Assembly (NCBI RefSeq): GCF_006345805.1
Contig: NC_042999.1
Span: 115,444,001 to 115,508,000, forward strand
From: Octopus sinensis
Taxonomy: Eukaryota
Direction: 5' to 3'
DNA: 64,000 bases
Below the pieces are notes generated by a model that saw only the letters and a program-made list of their open reading frames with translations, made no database searches and was not told where the DNA came from. Each line of letters starts with the position of its first letter. Position 1 is the first letter of the stretch. Below are positions 36,726 to 49,885 of this stretch, piece after piece. The position numbers were made by a program, and so were the translations under genes.

Positions 36726-37912
36726 TGAATAATACAATCAAAAATAGGAAATAGTTCAAATATACACAAATCCATTATATGAACTAGCTATATTATTAAA
36801 ATCTGTGTAATATCTATAGATTTAATATTTTACACAATAATAAAGTTAAAACATAATATTAATTAAAATAAAAACTAATTTACTTAAATGTAATACTACT
36901 TAATAAAAATATTACCCAATTATTAAAAAATGTATAGTCTAACGAAACTAATTCTCTAATTAAATTATATGTAAAACGTTAAATCCCTTTATAAAAATTA
37001 ATAAATATCATATCTAATAACAATCGTAAAAAATAACTATCAAGATACTATAAATAAATAATATTTCAACAACAATAATAATAATAATAATGATAATTTC
37101 AAACCCTAAACGATTCCAAATCCAAATGAAATAGATAAACAATAAAATGTAAAATGTAACTTAACTTAGCGAAGGAAAATTTTAACTGAATTTAAATGTA
37201 AAAATAGTTAATAGCGTTTATAAAATTTAAGGCGTGAAGACACAGTGCAAAAAATCAATGGAAATTGTAGTTGTGATACCAGTGCCGGTGGCACGTAAAA
37301 AGGTCCATCTGAACGTGGCCGTTGCCAGTGCCACCTCGACTGGCCTCCGTGCTGGTGGCACGTAAAAAGCACCAACTGATCGTGGCTGTCGTTGCTAGAG
37401 AGTATGCTGCTCAGGAAAGCCCTTGAGCTCACTGGCTTCGGTCCCATCCTCGATACCAGCTTATACAGCAGACCCAAAAGTGCTCCCTGAGGTGGTTCGC
37501 CCCTCGATCTCCACCTAGCTACACTACTGACGTAGTGTAGCTTAACCATTGCATTCAGATTGTGCCTATTTCATTATATATTTATATTTACATGCCAGTG
37601 GCACGTAAAAAGCACCAATCCGATCATGGCCGTTGCCAGCCTCGCCTGGCACCTGTGCTGGTGGCACGTAAAAAGCACCCACTACACTCACGGAGTGGTT
37701 GGCGTTAGGAAGGGCATCCAGCTGTAGAAACACTGCCAGATCAGACTGGAGCCTGGTGCAGCCTCCTGGCTTCCCAGACCCCAGTTGAACCATCCAACCC
37801 ATGCTAACATGGAAAACAGACGTTAAACGATGATGATGATATATATATATATATATATATATGTTTTAAAGTATATTTATTGATTAATTATTTTATTATT
37901 CTAGTTTAATTT

Positions 37913-38016
37913 TATCCTGATGAGTGGCTATATTTATATCGAAGTGATTTTACTACTACTATTAATTTTTTTACTATAATCATTTCTTAGATATAGTCAC
38001 GAAACACGTGTCGCTA
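37913..38016 (+). ncRNA. Type I hammerhead ribozyme motif (Penelope-like)
   Basis: CUGAUGA at 37917-37923, 13 bp stem II with two GU pairs, GAAA, palindromic stem III ACACGUGU, GUC cleavage triplet; stem I UAUC/GCUA has one mismatch. Confidence 0.75.
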
Positions 38017-38339
38017 TTCTACCAAATATATACGTTTTTATTATTATTTTACAATTTACTTAATCATCGGTATATTATTGTTATTTTAATTTAATATTTC
38101 TATTATATGTAATTTTCTAGATGGTGTAATTTAATTGTTCATTTTGAATTGATAAAAGGTGTTTTTTTTCTAATTTTATATATATATATATATATTATAT
38201 TTTGTGAAATTTGATTTAGTATTTCTAAATTGAATTTTTCCCTGTAAGTTAGGAATAATATTCCCTCAAATAATAATAAATATACATAACAAATAGTACT
38301 CCAACCACCAGAGTAGGTAATATACTGGATCTCTGCTTC

Positions 38340-39350
38340 ACAAATAATATCAATCTCATCCATCATGCGAAAGTGACACTGATGCTACTCTTGGATCACA
38401 ACATGGTAGAGCTGACCATATATGGACCAAAGGAAATCATAGACATACAGCCTACAAGAAACTCTCAAAATCTTTCCAGTTTGAACTTCCATAAGGCAAA
38501 CTGGAAACAAATTAAGAAAGAGATCCTCAAACAAAACTAGCTTAAATGTTTCACCTCACTGGACATTAAACTTCAACAATTCATGTCTGTAATGCAAGCC
38601 ATATGCTACAATCGTATCCTGGAGAGAAAGGCCACTATACACAAGGACAAAATCCCCAATGAGAGGAAAATTCTTATGCTATGGCATACAATAATTTCAA
38701 ATTGCCTAAACAAACAAATTGAAAGTAGTGAAAAATCTTGCCTGAAAGTCCAACTGCTGGAGATTGAAAAAAATTTGCAACTTCCTATGAAAAAGAAAGC
38801 AAAGAAGCCTGGGCTACGGACAATATAAAATCTAACCCCAGAGCTTATTACAAGTTTGCCAAAACACAGCCTCAGTGCACTGCAGGGTAGGGCCACTCCT
38901 CGAAAAAGATGTTTCACTCACAGGAAACCCAATGACGATAAGTGAAATACTAAATAAGCAATTCAAAAGCGTTTTCACTCCACACTTAGGATACTTGTAA
39001 GTCAGCAATCCAGCTGACTTTTTTACCAATGTAGATATAAAAACAGAGGCAGTGATGATTGATTATAGATGAAATGAACCCGAACTCAGCTACTGGCCCT
39101 GATAGATTCCCAGCAATCTTTCTAAAAGCATGTAAGTGAGTCCTGGCAAGACCACTGCAGTCCCTCTTCCAGAGCTTCCTTGCAATCTTCCAAGCAAGCT
39201 GAAGGAAGGTAAAATATGCCCCATTCATAAAGGATGTAGCAGAGCAGAGGCTAAAAACTAGACCTATCTCTCTGACCACACTCATCAACAAAGTAACAAA
39301 TAGTCAGAAGAAAGACTAATCACCTTCCTTGAGAAAAATGACTTGCTGAC
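38340..39350 (+). mobile_element. CR1-type LINE ORF2 fragment
   Basis: LNFHKANWKQI, IKSNPRAYYKF, EILNKQFKSVFT, SATGPDRFPAIFLK, RPISLT. Confidence 0.8.
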
Positions 39351-39749
39351 TGCGGTGTGTAAGCCTATCTTTGTATGTATGTGTATTTTTATATATATGC
39401 ATTAAATTTATATCTATAGGCCTATTCTTGTTTAGGGGGCCAATGTCTTTAGACCATGGCAATCATTGACCTCCACCTGCTTCTGTCCTATAAGTAACTC
39501 AGTCCTTCTGTAGTCTACTGCTAAAGTCATTGACAGTTACATCCTTTCAGTTTCTTCGTAGTCTCTATGAATTCAGTTAAGCTTTACTATTTCAAAACCT
39601 AAACTATGGAACATCCCTATAGCATTAAATTTGAGTAAAAAAGTCTCAAAATGAAGCCAACAATCAGGATGAATGTACAAAAATAACTTGGCTATCCTGA
39701 ATGACTGAAACAAATCAACATACATAAATTTATTCCTTTTGATTCTATA

Positions 39750-42070
39750 ATTGTGATGGTTAATTAAACTCCAACAGCTAGCTCTCTACTGAGGACTTTG
39801 CTGCAGCCCTCAAGGGTTTATCCAAATCAAAGCTCATTAACTGGATCCCTAAGGGAGCTTGGAATAGCTTTGCTTGTGTGCTCTCCAGCTTATTGATAAA
39901 CATGTTTATCCAACAATGCATCCAACTGGCAGAAACTGTTTTTGTTCCCTTGCATCTCTCTCCATGTGCACAATGTGAAATCAGGCTTGCTTACATCCTC
40001 TCTCAAGTAACAATTCCAATTATTTGAGTCCACCCTGACCACATCTCACCTCAATTTGACATTGAGCACAGTGCCTACCAACAGGCAACTGATAAGCCTC
40101 AAGCATGCAGTCAATGCCAAATTCAGTAAATTTGACATAAAAGGGGCTGTTCGTCTCCTCTCTTCTCTATCCTCCCTTGCTCTATGTGACTGAGTCTCTT
40201 AGATGTCTGAGAGAAAAGCACCCACCGTATAATCAATTAAACTAGCCCGATCCCCCAGAATACTTGTGACTGGTTTTCACCTCTGATAACAGAAGAAAGG
40301 TGATTTCATTCTTCCCTGCTGGTTCAGATGTGGGAGTTGATGGCCTTTGGCTTCAACACCTCAAGGATAGTATCTTCTTATCGGCTGGTGATGCTGGACT
40401 TGAGCTCTTGGAGAATTTGACTCAGTTTGTGAACCAGTTCTCTTCAGTGAATGTCCTCCCCTATATCCATCCATTATTCTTCGGTGCAAAATTATTCAGG
40501 CTCACTAAACTTAATGGAGAACTGCGCTCCATTGCAGTTGGCTGCACCCTTCACCATGTCACTGAAAAGGTGTGCTTACAATCGGTCTCTAGCTTATTGA
40601 AGGAGGAATTTTCCCCCACCTAGCTAGGACTGGGCACCAAATTGGATGTGAAGCTGCTGCCCATGCTACCAACTTGCCCTACTTGTCACCCAAGGTCATC
40701 CTCAAACTTGACCTTAAGAATGCCTTCAACTCCATCAGCCGCGAGGTTGTCCTCAGCTCAATAAGAGAGAAGGTCCCTCAACTCTACCGCTTTGCATAGT
40801 AGGCTTATTGGGAGCCCTCCTATCTCTCTTTTGATGACCAAATAATCACCTCTGCCTTAGGAGTCCAACAGGGCAACCCACTCGAACCCCCTCTGTTTCC
40901 ACTGGGCATTGATGACATCACCAAGATGGGGGTTGAGCTAGACCTCAACATTTGGTATCTCGACAATGCTTGTTTGGGGGGACCTCCAGACAGGGTTCTT
41001 GCCATTGCAAACATGGTCACTGGGGTCTCCAAGTAAACAGCTCCAGACATGAGCTCTGGATCCTCAGCCACCTAGCTTCTCAGCATCAACCAACTATTGA
41101 CCTTTTTGCAGAGTCCTCCCTTCCATTGCAGTCCCTCCTCCATTGGTTTGGTACTCCCTAGGAGCCTCAATCACTGACCTTGCCTTTGAGTTCATCTTCA
41201 AGTCAAAGGTGGTTGCCCATGAACAATTGCTGAAAAATATTGAAGCTCTTGAACCCCATCAAGGTTTTTCATACTTAGGAATTACCTTTCTATCTCTAAG
41301 CTTCTATATTTGCTCAGAGTCAGCTCATCTTACCAATTCCCATTGTGCCTCCAATGCTTCGACAACCTAATCTTTGAGAGACTTGAATGCTTAGTCAGTG
41401 TCAGACTTTCTCCAATGACGTGCAATCAGGCTGCATTGCTTAAGTGATTTGGAGGTTTTGGTCTTCATGAGTGTTTGTCCCTCTTTCTCCCCTGCTTCCT
41501 TTCCTCCACCCTAGTGAGCAACATCTTCTACTCTCCAACACTGGAGGGAATTGGGCTTGTCTGTTCCTCTCAAAGTGGAGGACTGCTGGAGTCAGAGGCT
41601 TGAGACAACATAATTTCGAAGGTCAACTTTTATTCCCTCTTCATCCAGTTGGACCAGTTTTCAAGGTGCTGCATACTGTCTGCTAGTGCCAAATACTCAG
41701 GTGACTGGATTGATGCCATCCCTGTAACTAATGTTGGTGGCCTACTCAGCTTGGACGAACTTCGTGTCTCCATTGCCCTCAGAGTGGGAGCTGGTATATG
41801 CATGAGTTTGATCTGTTGTTGTGACAGGCTCTTCGACACCACAGGCCTCCATGGCCTTTCTTGCTGCATGAATGCTGGTTGCTTCGCATGTCATATGGAG
41901 CTTGGCCCAGGCAAACATCCCCTCCATTTTGGAACCATCTGGATTGTCCAAATGTGATGGGAAGAGACATAATGGCCTAACCCTGTACCCCTGGTTGCAA
42001 GGCAGATGCCTTGTCTGGGATGTCACAGTTAGAGACTCCTTTGCTTCTTCTCACATTGTGGTGCTGCGGT
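39750..42070 (+). mobile_element. CRE-clade non-LTR retrotransposon (RT plus restriction-like endonuclease), decayed
   Basis: LRSIAVGCTL, LKLDLKNAFNSISR, GVQQGNPL, WYLDN, CCC...GLHGLSC zinc motif, SILEPSGL...DGKRHNGLTL..W..G..LVWDVT. Confidence 0.8.
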
Positions 42071-42142
42071 CAGGGTGAGATCCACAGCTTCTGCAGCCGA
42101 GCAGAACAAAATCCTGAAATACCGCGTTCTGCTGGCCAACTA

Positions 42143-42800
42143 TCAGGTCACCCCATAAGTTCTGTCCGATTTTACCATTTTAAAACTGAATGAAATTTAA
42201 TAGTATTTTAGAATGTCTAATGGAATTAAAAATTATTTTTATGCATTTGTGTACATTTAAACTAATTAAATATTATTTTATAGAATAATAGAATTAAAAT
42301 TTCTTTGATTAAAACCCTTTCTAACATGGAAGTATCCAAAGAGCATTTGAGGCACATAATGCCTTATGAATACAAAAAAGAAAACTCTGCAGCTGAAGCG
42401 ACTCGAAACATACACTCAGTTTATGGGAAAGAATGCTTGAATGAAAAGAACTTGCAGAAGACAGTTTGCAAAATTCAGAAGTGGAGATTTCAGCCTTAAA
42501 GATGGAGATCAAACAGGACGTCCAGCTGAGTTTGATGATGAGCTCCTTGAGGCATTATTTGAAGAAAATCCTGCATTATCAGTTGAAGAATTGACAATAA
42601 AGCTTAGTTCAAACCATACAACTGTTCATCATCATCTTCAACAACTTGGAAAGGTTCCTAAACTTGGAAAATGGGGTCCTCATGCAAGGAAGTCATAGAT
42701 AAAGTGAAAGTACATTGATGATTAAATTTCAATTAAATATAACATCTGATAACTTGTTTTCTTAATTAAAAATTCGGACAGAACTTATGGGATGACCTGA
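42143..42800 (+). mobile_element. Internally deleted mariner with both TIRs
   Basis: TIR TCAGGTCA(C/T)CCCATAAGTTCTGTCCGA flanked by TA; MEVSKEHLRH...GKWGPH remnant. Confidence 0.92.
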
Positions 42801-43003
42801 TACATTTTCCAAGCTGTGGTGTTCGAGACGTTTGGTGGGGGTCGGACCACTAAATGTTTCAGTCATTCGGCAATAATTAAGTCACCTTTAGTACATTCTC
42901 CATTACTTTAATGTTATTGACACCTGAATACTATGAAACATTTCATAACATAATTATTGGCTTAATATAAAATTGCATATGTGGGAATGTTTACGATCAT
43001 CTG

Positions 43004-43578
43004 CAGGCATAACTACAGAAATCTGCCCCCACCTACCGACTTTGGATGATAATAACCTTCAGAAAAATGGATATTTTTAAATGAAATTTTCTACGAATAT
43101 GTGTCATGTAGATTCCAAATATACAAAATTTTAGGAGGAGGTGCGGGTGAGGAATTTCGGAAAATTCACCGGAGTCCACTTCAATTCGTCTTAACTTTCA
43201 AGAAAATGAATATTTTTTAATGAAATTCTCTACAAATATACCTCGGACTGTGTAGATTCCGAGGACATAGGAATTTCGGGGGAAAACAACTGGGGGTTAT
43301 TTTGAGAACTGTTCCCCACTCAAGAGTGTTTCAAAACAAGTTCATAGTTTCATTTTCTCCGTTTTGTGCATTTGTGCATCCGTAGATTTCCACCACACAC
43401 ACATATATATGTATATACGTAATTAAAAAAGTTTAAACGGGGAATTATTCCATTCAATATCATGTTTATTATAGCGATTACATTTTCGTAGAAAATTTCA
43501 TTAAAAAATATCCATTTTTCTGAAAGCTATGATCACCCAGAGTCGAAAGTGGGGGCAGAAATCTGTGGTTATGCCCTG
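43004..43578. mobile_element. MITE with about 100 bp imperfect TIRs
   Basis: CAGG(G)CATAAC...GAAAAATGGATATTTTT...TTTTCTACGAA mirrored at 43480-43578; no TSD recognised. Confidence 0.75.
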
Positions 43579-46192
43579 CGTTGACTACATAGACGAAAGA
43601 TAAAAAAATAAATAGGAAAAAAAACAAAACAAAAAAAAGGCGGTAAAATCAAATTTTTCAGTCTTCACTTATTCGAGTTCGGTGCATTAAAAAATACGAA
43701 GCAAATCAAAACAAATTGGGTACTTATATCGAACATTTGCCTAAATAACTAAGGCTGTCTTAATGTGTATATACTGTAAATAGATAAAACACGAGTCATT
43801 GTCGCTCGGCCTGCTAGAAATGCCAGCTAAACACCCTCAAATCCTTAGAAAAGAACATAACTACACTTTGGTATCTCCCCTTCCCGATTTTGTTTCCTCA
43901 TAATTTTCTAAAATATAAATATAATTTTATGCAAATTTTGTAGAAATAGGTTTTCGAATATCTAAAAGACGATTATGTTGATGGGAAAAAAAAATTACTT
44001 CTGTAAATGGGACTGCTCGGTAAGAGCTGACCAGGCGTAAACAACATTAAAAGCATACTGAATAAAGGGTAGTGAAAATATACATACAGACTGCTACAGG
44101 TATGACTTAGCCCGCCTTTGATCCTTATTCGGTACTTAAATGAATGAATGAGCCAATAAGCTGAAGCTGTTTATATACTAGCCTCGAGCAAAACAAAATC
44201 CTTCTTTCGATATAAATATTTTATCTGTCATCCCTTCCCAGCTGTTTTTATGGCGTGTTCGGTAAAATCCGTAAAAAGATTGTATGTAATTTATTTTTTT
44301 GTTTTGATATACCACACACACTTTCATAACCGATTTTCATTCCCTTGACAGCTGAACACATAGTCATTCACACACGTACTGAGTCATTCATACACATACA
44401 CAGACGGTCATTCACACACATAGAGAAAAAAGAGGGTGATGTGGGAGAAGCATGAGTCCTAGACGCACACATATACATAAACACACACATACAATGCATA
44501 GAAACACACACACATTAAATGAATCGTAAAAATGAAAGAAAAAAAAAATGAGTGATGTGATTTTCATTTAATTCAGAAAGAAAATTGCGTATGCATGTAT
44601 GTATGCATTTCAAAGGCTCAGCCTTGTCATACTGTGTCGCTGATTTTGTCTGAGAATGACATTAAAGGTACACGTGTTTGTGGAATACTCAGCCATACCA
44701 TCATGTATGTATGTATGTATGTATGTATGTGTGTGTATGTATGTATGTATGTATGTAAGGTTCAAGAAATAAGACGAAAAATTACAAAAAATATCTAAAG
44801 ATAATATACGATTCGTAAAAATAAAAATAAAAACATAAAAAATTAAGTATAACAATAGTAAAAATATACACAAGTATAAAACAATTATGTATCTGTATGA
44901 CTGACTGGGATGGCAGATAAAATATCTATATCAAAAGAATACCAAATTCAACATGTCATTTGTTTATCAAGAATTTTGATAACAAATCGATGAAAAAAAA
45001 GATAAAAATAACTTGGCCTATATATTTCCACGTATTTCAATTAATCACTTTATCCATATATCATGTTAGTTTTTATCTTGCATACGTAAAGCACGAGTCC
45101 TACCAACCTTGAATCAGAAGTCTATCAGGGAGATTTCAATTTTAGCGACCAGAATATTCAAATGAAATTTATCTGTACTGAATGGTATAATCGTGGGAGT
45201 AAACTGGGTTTGGGAGTTGCTATCACTTTTCCAAATAGCATATGTTTTAGATTGCAAATTTCAGGACAGCATGTATCACTATGAAGAGAGAGATGTTCAC
45301 GGTTAACAAAACTGACTGAAAAATAAAAGTATAAAAAATATGCAAATGTATCAAGTAATATATTATGAGACTGGCACTTCGTTGGTTACAACAACGAAAG
45401 TTCCAGTTGATCCAATCAACGGAACAGCTTACTCGTGAAATTAACGTGCAAGTAGCTGAGCACTCCACAGATACGTGTACCCTTACCTTAGTTCTCAGGG
45501 AGATTCAGCATGACACAGAATGTGACAATTTGGCCCTTTGAAATACAGGTACCACTCGTTTTTTGCCAGCTGAGTGGATAGGAGCAACATGAAATAAAGT
45601 GTCTTGCTCAAGTATACAACACGTCACCGAGAATTGAACTCACAACCTTACGATCGTGAACTGAATGCCCTAACCACTAAGATACGCACCTTCACTATTA
45701 TGTTATACCCTGGTAATGAAATACCATTAAATAAAACCATAAAACAACCATGCAATCTAGATCGGACATTCAAATTGACTTAAGCTGATCTTTACATTTT
45801 CACTAAACAAATATATACAAAGGCAAAAGTTTTAGGATCACTAAACATCTATAATGCAGGTGGTGTATGCATGTATGTCATTATTCTATTTATTTCAAGA
45901 TTTCTTGCCAATAGAGGAAGAATCGGTTTCTAACTTAGATCCAAGGCTCCTTCATTGGAATTTCAGCATCAACAACAAAACTACATGTTGCATCTGAGAA
46001 AGTTTTGTTAGCGAACAGGTCACGTTTTCAGAGCGCCAAAAATATTTTGACACAAATTACATTTAAATGTTGAAGTGAATCTAATGGTTTTTTTGTGTGT
46101 TCTTAAATGGCTTACAAATATCTTCCACACTGCAATTGTTTTTGTTTCTACACACAACCTCAGATCAAGTTACATGCTATGCAAGTACATCT

Positions 46193-46252
<60 letters not shown>

Positions 46253-46739
46253 GTTAATAAAAAAAAACATTATTCAAAAAGAAGTACACTCTAAAAATAT
46301 AGATCAGTAATTATTACAACAAAATTTTATATCTTGGACAAGGTTCACTTGTAGGTGTGTCTATATGTATACATGTGTGTGTGCACGTGTATACATACAT
46401 ACATGTATGTATGTATAAACACACATGCACACACACAAATATATACATACAGACATACCTACAAGTAAACCTATATATATATATATATATATATCATCAT
46501 CATCATCATCATCATCGTTTAACGTCCGCTTTCCATGCTAGCATGGGTTATATATATATAAGCAAAAATTAAGATTCAGATGAATTAGGTACTTAAGTTG
46601 AAACACTAGAATTTAGTATGGTATCATCCATACAATTTCAAAATAAGGTGATTAAAATCAAAATAAGCAACAAGGATATTCAGAGGTAATGCAGCACGAT
46701 CATTTCAAGCTATTTTATTCCTTTTCTATGGTGTTCTAC

Positions 46740-47700
46740 CCTACCTGATCATTTTGATACTTTATAGTTTTCTTTATGAAATAAACCTAATTTTTGTACC
46801 CCTATAAATTCACACTTAGCTTATATAAAACAATACCGGTATCTTCACAACTTAAAATAAACTGCTTAGATTATAATTTAATTAATATATAGTTAACATG
46901 TTCTTTCACCTCAGTGCTCCTTTATTAAATACCAGTAAATGCCAATTGATCAATCTCCATAGATGCCATGTAATAAGTTAATATCGAAGTATATAATATG
47001 TATAAATATAAAACTATTTCTATGTAATTTCTTTTCCTCCCTCTATTGTGGTAAAATTTGGTATATACTCAAAAGTATTCAAAGAAATTTTATCCTTTTA
47101 TTATAATATTCTTAATAATCCTAAATTTTAACTTTATACAATATGGCAATATTGTTTAAAATATTTAACTATAGTACCCCATGATAAAATTTCCCCGTTT
47201 CATTATCAATGGTCTACTAGTGGCTTGCCCCTTTAATTGTCAGCTAACATCTTGTTTTAAGATTTCCTTTACCAATTCTCATTATATTGCTTCAAATTAA
47301 TCTTGATAATCTTATGTCTATACCAACTATGATTTCTGTCAACTCCCTCAGCCCCCTTCTAAACAATGTTCCTTGGTCTTTGGCCTTAGATTTTGATATA
47401 CAAAGATTTGATAAACAAGACTATAAATTAAAACTGACCCCCCCAAAACAGTGACGAGCTAGATCTCTAACAAGTCTTTCTTCCTGATACCTTTGTAGCT
47501 TCTATGCTGAAGTGAAGATGGCATGTTCTTTGTCTATCTCCTTACCTCCATGGAGGTTTTAGGTAAAATTATACTAATGTGTCCATCTGTTTTAATTTAA
47601 TTTAATTCTATGTCTTTATGCAGTTGAGGATTGCTCTACATTTAAATTGATGAAATGATTGCATTGTTCAATTAAATGGAGTTGCTTGAAACGATGGTAC
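46740..47700 (-). mobile_element. Highly decayed R4/Dong-like LINE remnant
   Basis: Weak motifs KCRAILNCI, QGTLFRRGLREL and LHGIY; many stops. Confidence 0.3.
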
Positions 47701-48899
47701 TGCATTACCTCTGGATATCCTTGATGCTTATTTTTATATATATATATATATACACACACAAACAAACACACTTGTACTCACAATCACACACACTGTTATC
47801 CATAATTTGTCTACCCGGGCTATAAGTTCTTCGGTTTGTATGTAATGTATGTGTGTGTGTGTGTGTGTGTGTGTATACCAGGTATCAGTCTTTATTCATA
47901 CAAGCTAAATAAGTAAATAAACAATATTTAGTTTAAAATACTTAAATTATTATACATTTTCTATAAATCTTCTCTATTGATGTTAATAAGGTATATATAC
48001 TTTATCATGGTTTTTAGTGATTAAGCTATTTTATTTTATTCCTTTTCTATGGGCTATTTACGGAATGCTCATAGAGAGCCTATGCGATAAAATACAGATT
48101 CCCGAATGCATAAATGAAGATATTCAATATAATATATATGATTAAATTACATTAATTGAATATCTTCATTTATGTATTCGGGAATCTGTTTGACTGCCTA
48201 TGATTCGCATTTTCAATTTCCTCTACTCTGTATATATATATATATATACACACACTAAAAGTTGAAGATTGGAGTTTGTGATCTTATTTTTGTTTCATAG
48301 TTGAAAATTCTTACAACAATTCCACGGTGACTAATCTTGTATCATGTTTATAAACATGATCTAGTCACATTCGCAATGCTGTTTATCTCTGTTGCATCCT
48401 TGGGATTTGTTTCATCAGAATTATGAAATAAAAATAATATTGCAAACTTTAATCTTCAGTTTTCATTATTTGCAGATTTTCTGTTTATCTGGAACATCGC
48501 ATTGCAACTTTTCGTAGAAGTGCTTCTCAAGTGCTTCCAATACGCCTAGATTATCTTATCCCAATCGACTTTTTATGTGTGCGTGCACACTCACACACAT
48601 GCATATATATGTGTGTATATAGTTATATCTTTCACCATATATCGACGAAAAACCAGTAGACTTTGAGCAGTCTACTGTTAAATGCTCTTAATGAGCATTG
48701 AATAGGCTATCACAAACATAACATAATTATGCAGTGACCTCATTGTTCATATAAACGAGATATTTTCCTAATAACTGAAAGCTAAGTGACTTAGACTCAA
48801 TACAATGTACGTCGGTTTTTTTGAGGACACCTCTTTCATGAGCTCTTTCTTGTCACTTATTTTTTTACCTACTTTTCAGATAAATAATGTGAGATATCA

Positions 48900-49885
48900 G
48901 GTTGGCCCCGCAAATGGAAAGGCGTGTTTTAATCTTTGCCTAAAAAGTGCTGCATAGTGATTCAGAGAGAGCTTGCTTCTTCTAGGTTGCCAGATACTTC
49001 GTTCTCAAAGTTTGAAAGCTGGAAGCTGCAGACGGGATCTAACATCAGCAGCTAAATGCAAAATGTATGCGCAAAGTCCTTATACGATTAGAACACATAA
49101 CATTGTACACAAAGTCCAAGAAATAATTGATACCCCCACCACCCCGAAAGTCAATTACAGCCATTGCAAAGGACCTCAATGTCTCAGAATGCAACATCAG
49201 AAGAGCTGTATATGAAAACATCCGATAGAAGTCATATGTGATGTGGAGGGGTCAGTTTATGTCGGATGTGACAAGAGGGACTTGTTTGATCCGTGTAAAA
49301 TGCTTGCTAAACAAGCTCAAACACCAAGATACTGGAATGCTTTGGTTTTTGTCTGATGAGAAAAACTTCGACCGGGACCAAAAGGTAAACCAAAGGAACG
49401 ACAGATGATTATGCACAGTTCCTAAGGTCATGCATACTAAGTTTCCAACAACTGTAATGAGGGAGATGTCATGCTGCAGCATTTTTTTCACGGGGCTCAA
49501 GAGTCAATGCTATTGTCTACATAGAGGTGTTGGAGAAAATTATGAGGCCCTGCACAGACAGAGAATGCAATGGAAGACTCTGTGCCATGTCATAAGGCTA
49601 GCACAACCCAAGCGTGGATACATGCCAATCTTCATGATCATTTTCTCTCAGATACATAGTTTCATTGCTTAACAGACCTCATTCCACTGGACTATTATGT
49701 ATGGAGCATAGTCATAAGAGAGAGAAGTCAATCAACATTTCCGTAACACCATACCATCTCTCAAGTGCCAAAAGCAGCACTATTTCCAAAATTGATAAAA
49801 ATCATCTTATTCAGGCTTGTCAACGCTTCCAACCCTGTATTGAAGCAGCTATTGATGCCAACAGTAGATTTATTGAATAGGTGTA
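48900..49885 (+). mobile_element. Tc1/mariner-superfamily element of maT (DD37D) type, decayed
   Basis: IAKDLNVSE..IRR, WFLSDEKNF, DSVPCHKA, DLIPLDYYVW, QACQRFQPCIEA. Confidence 0.75.
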
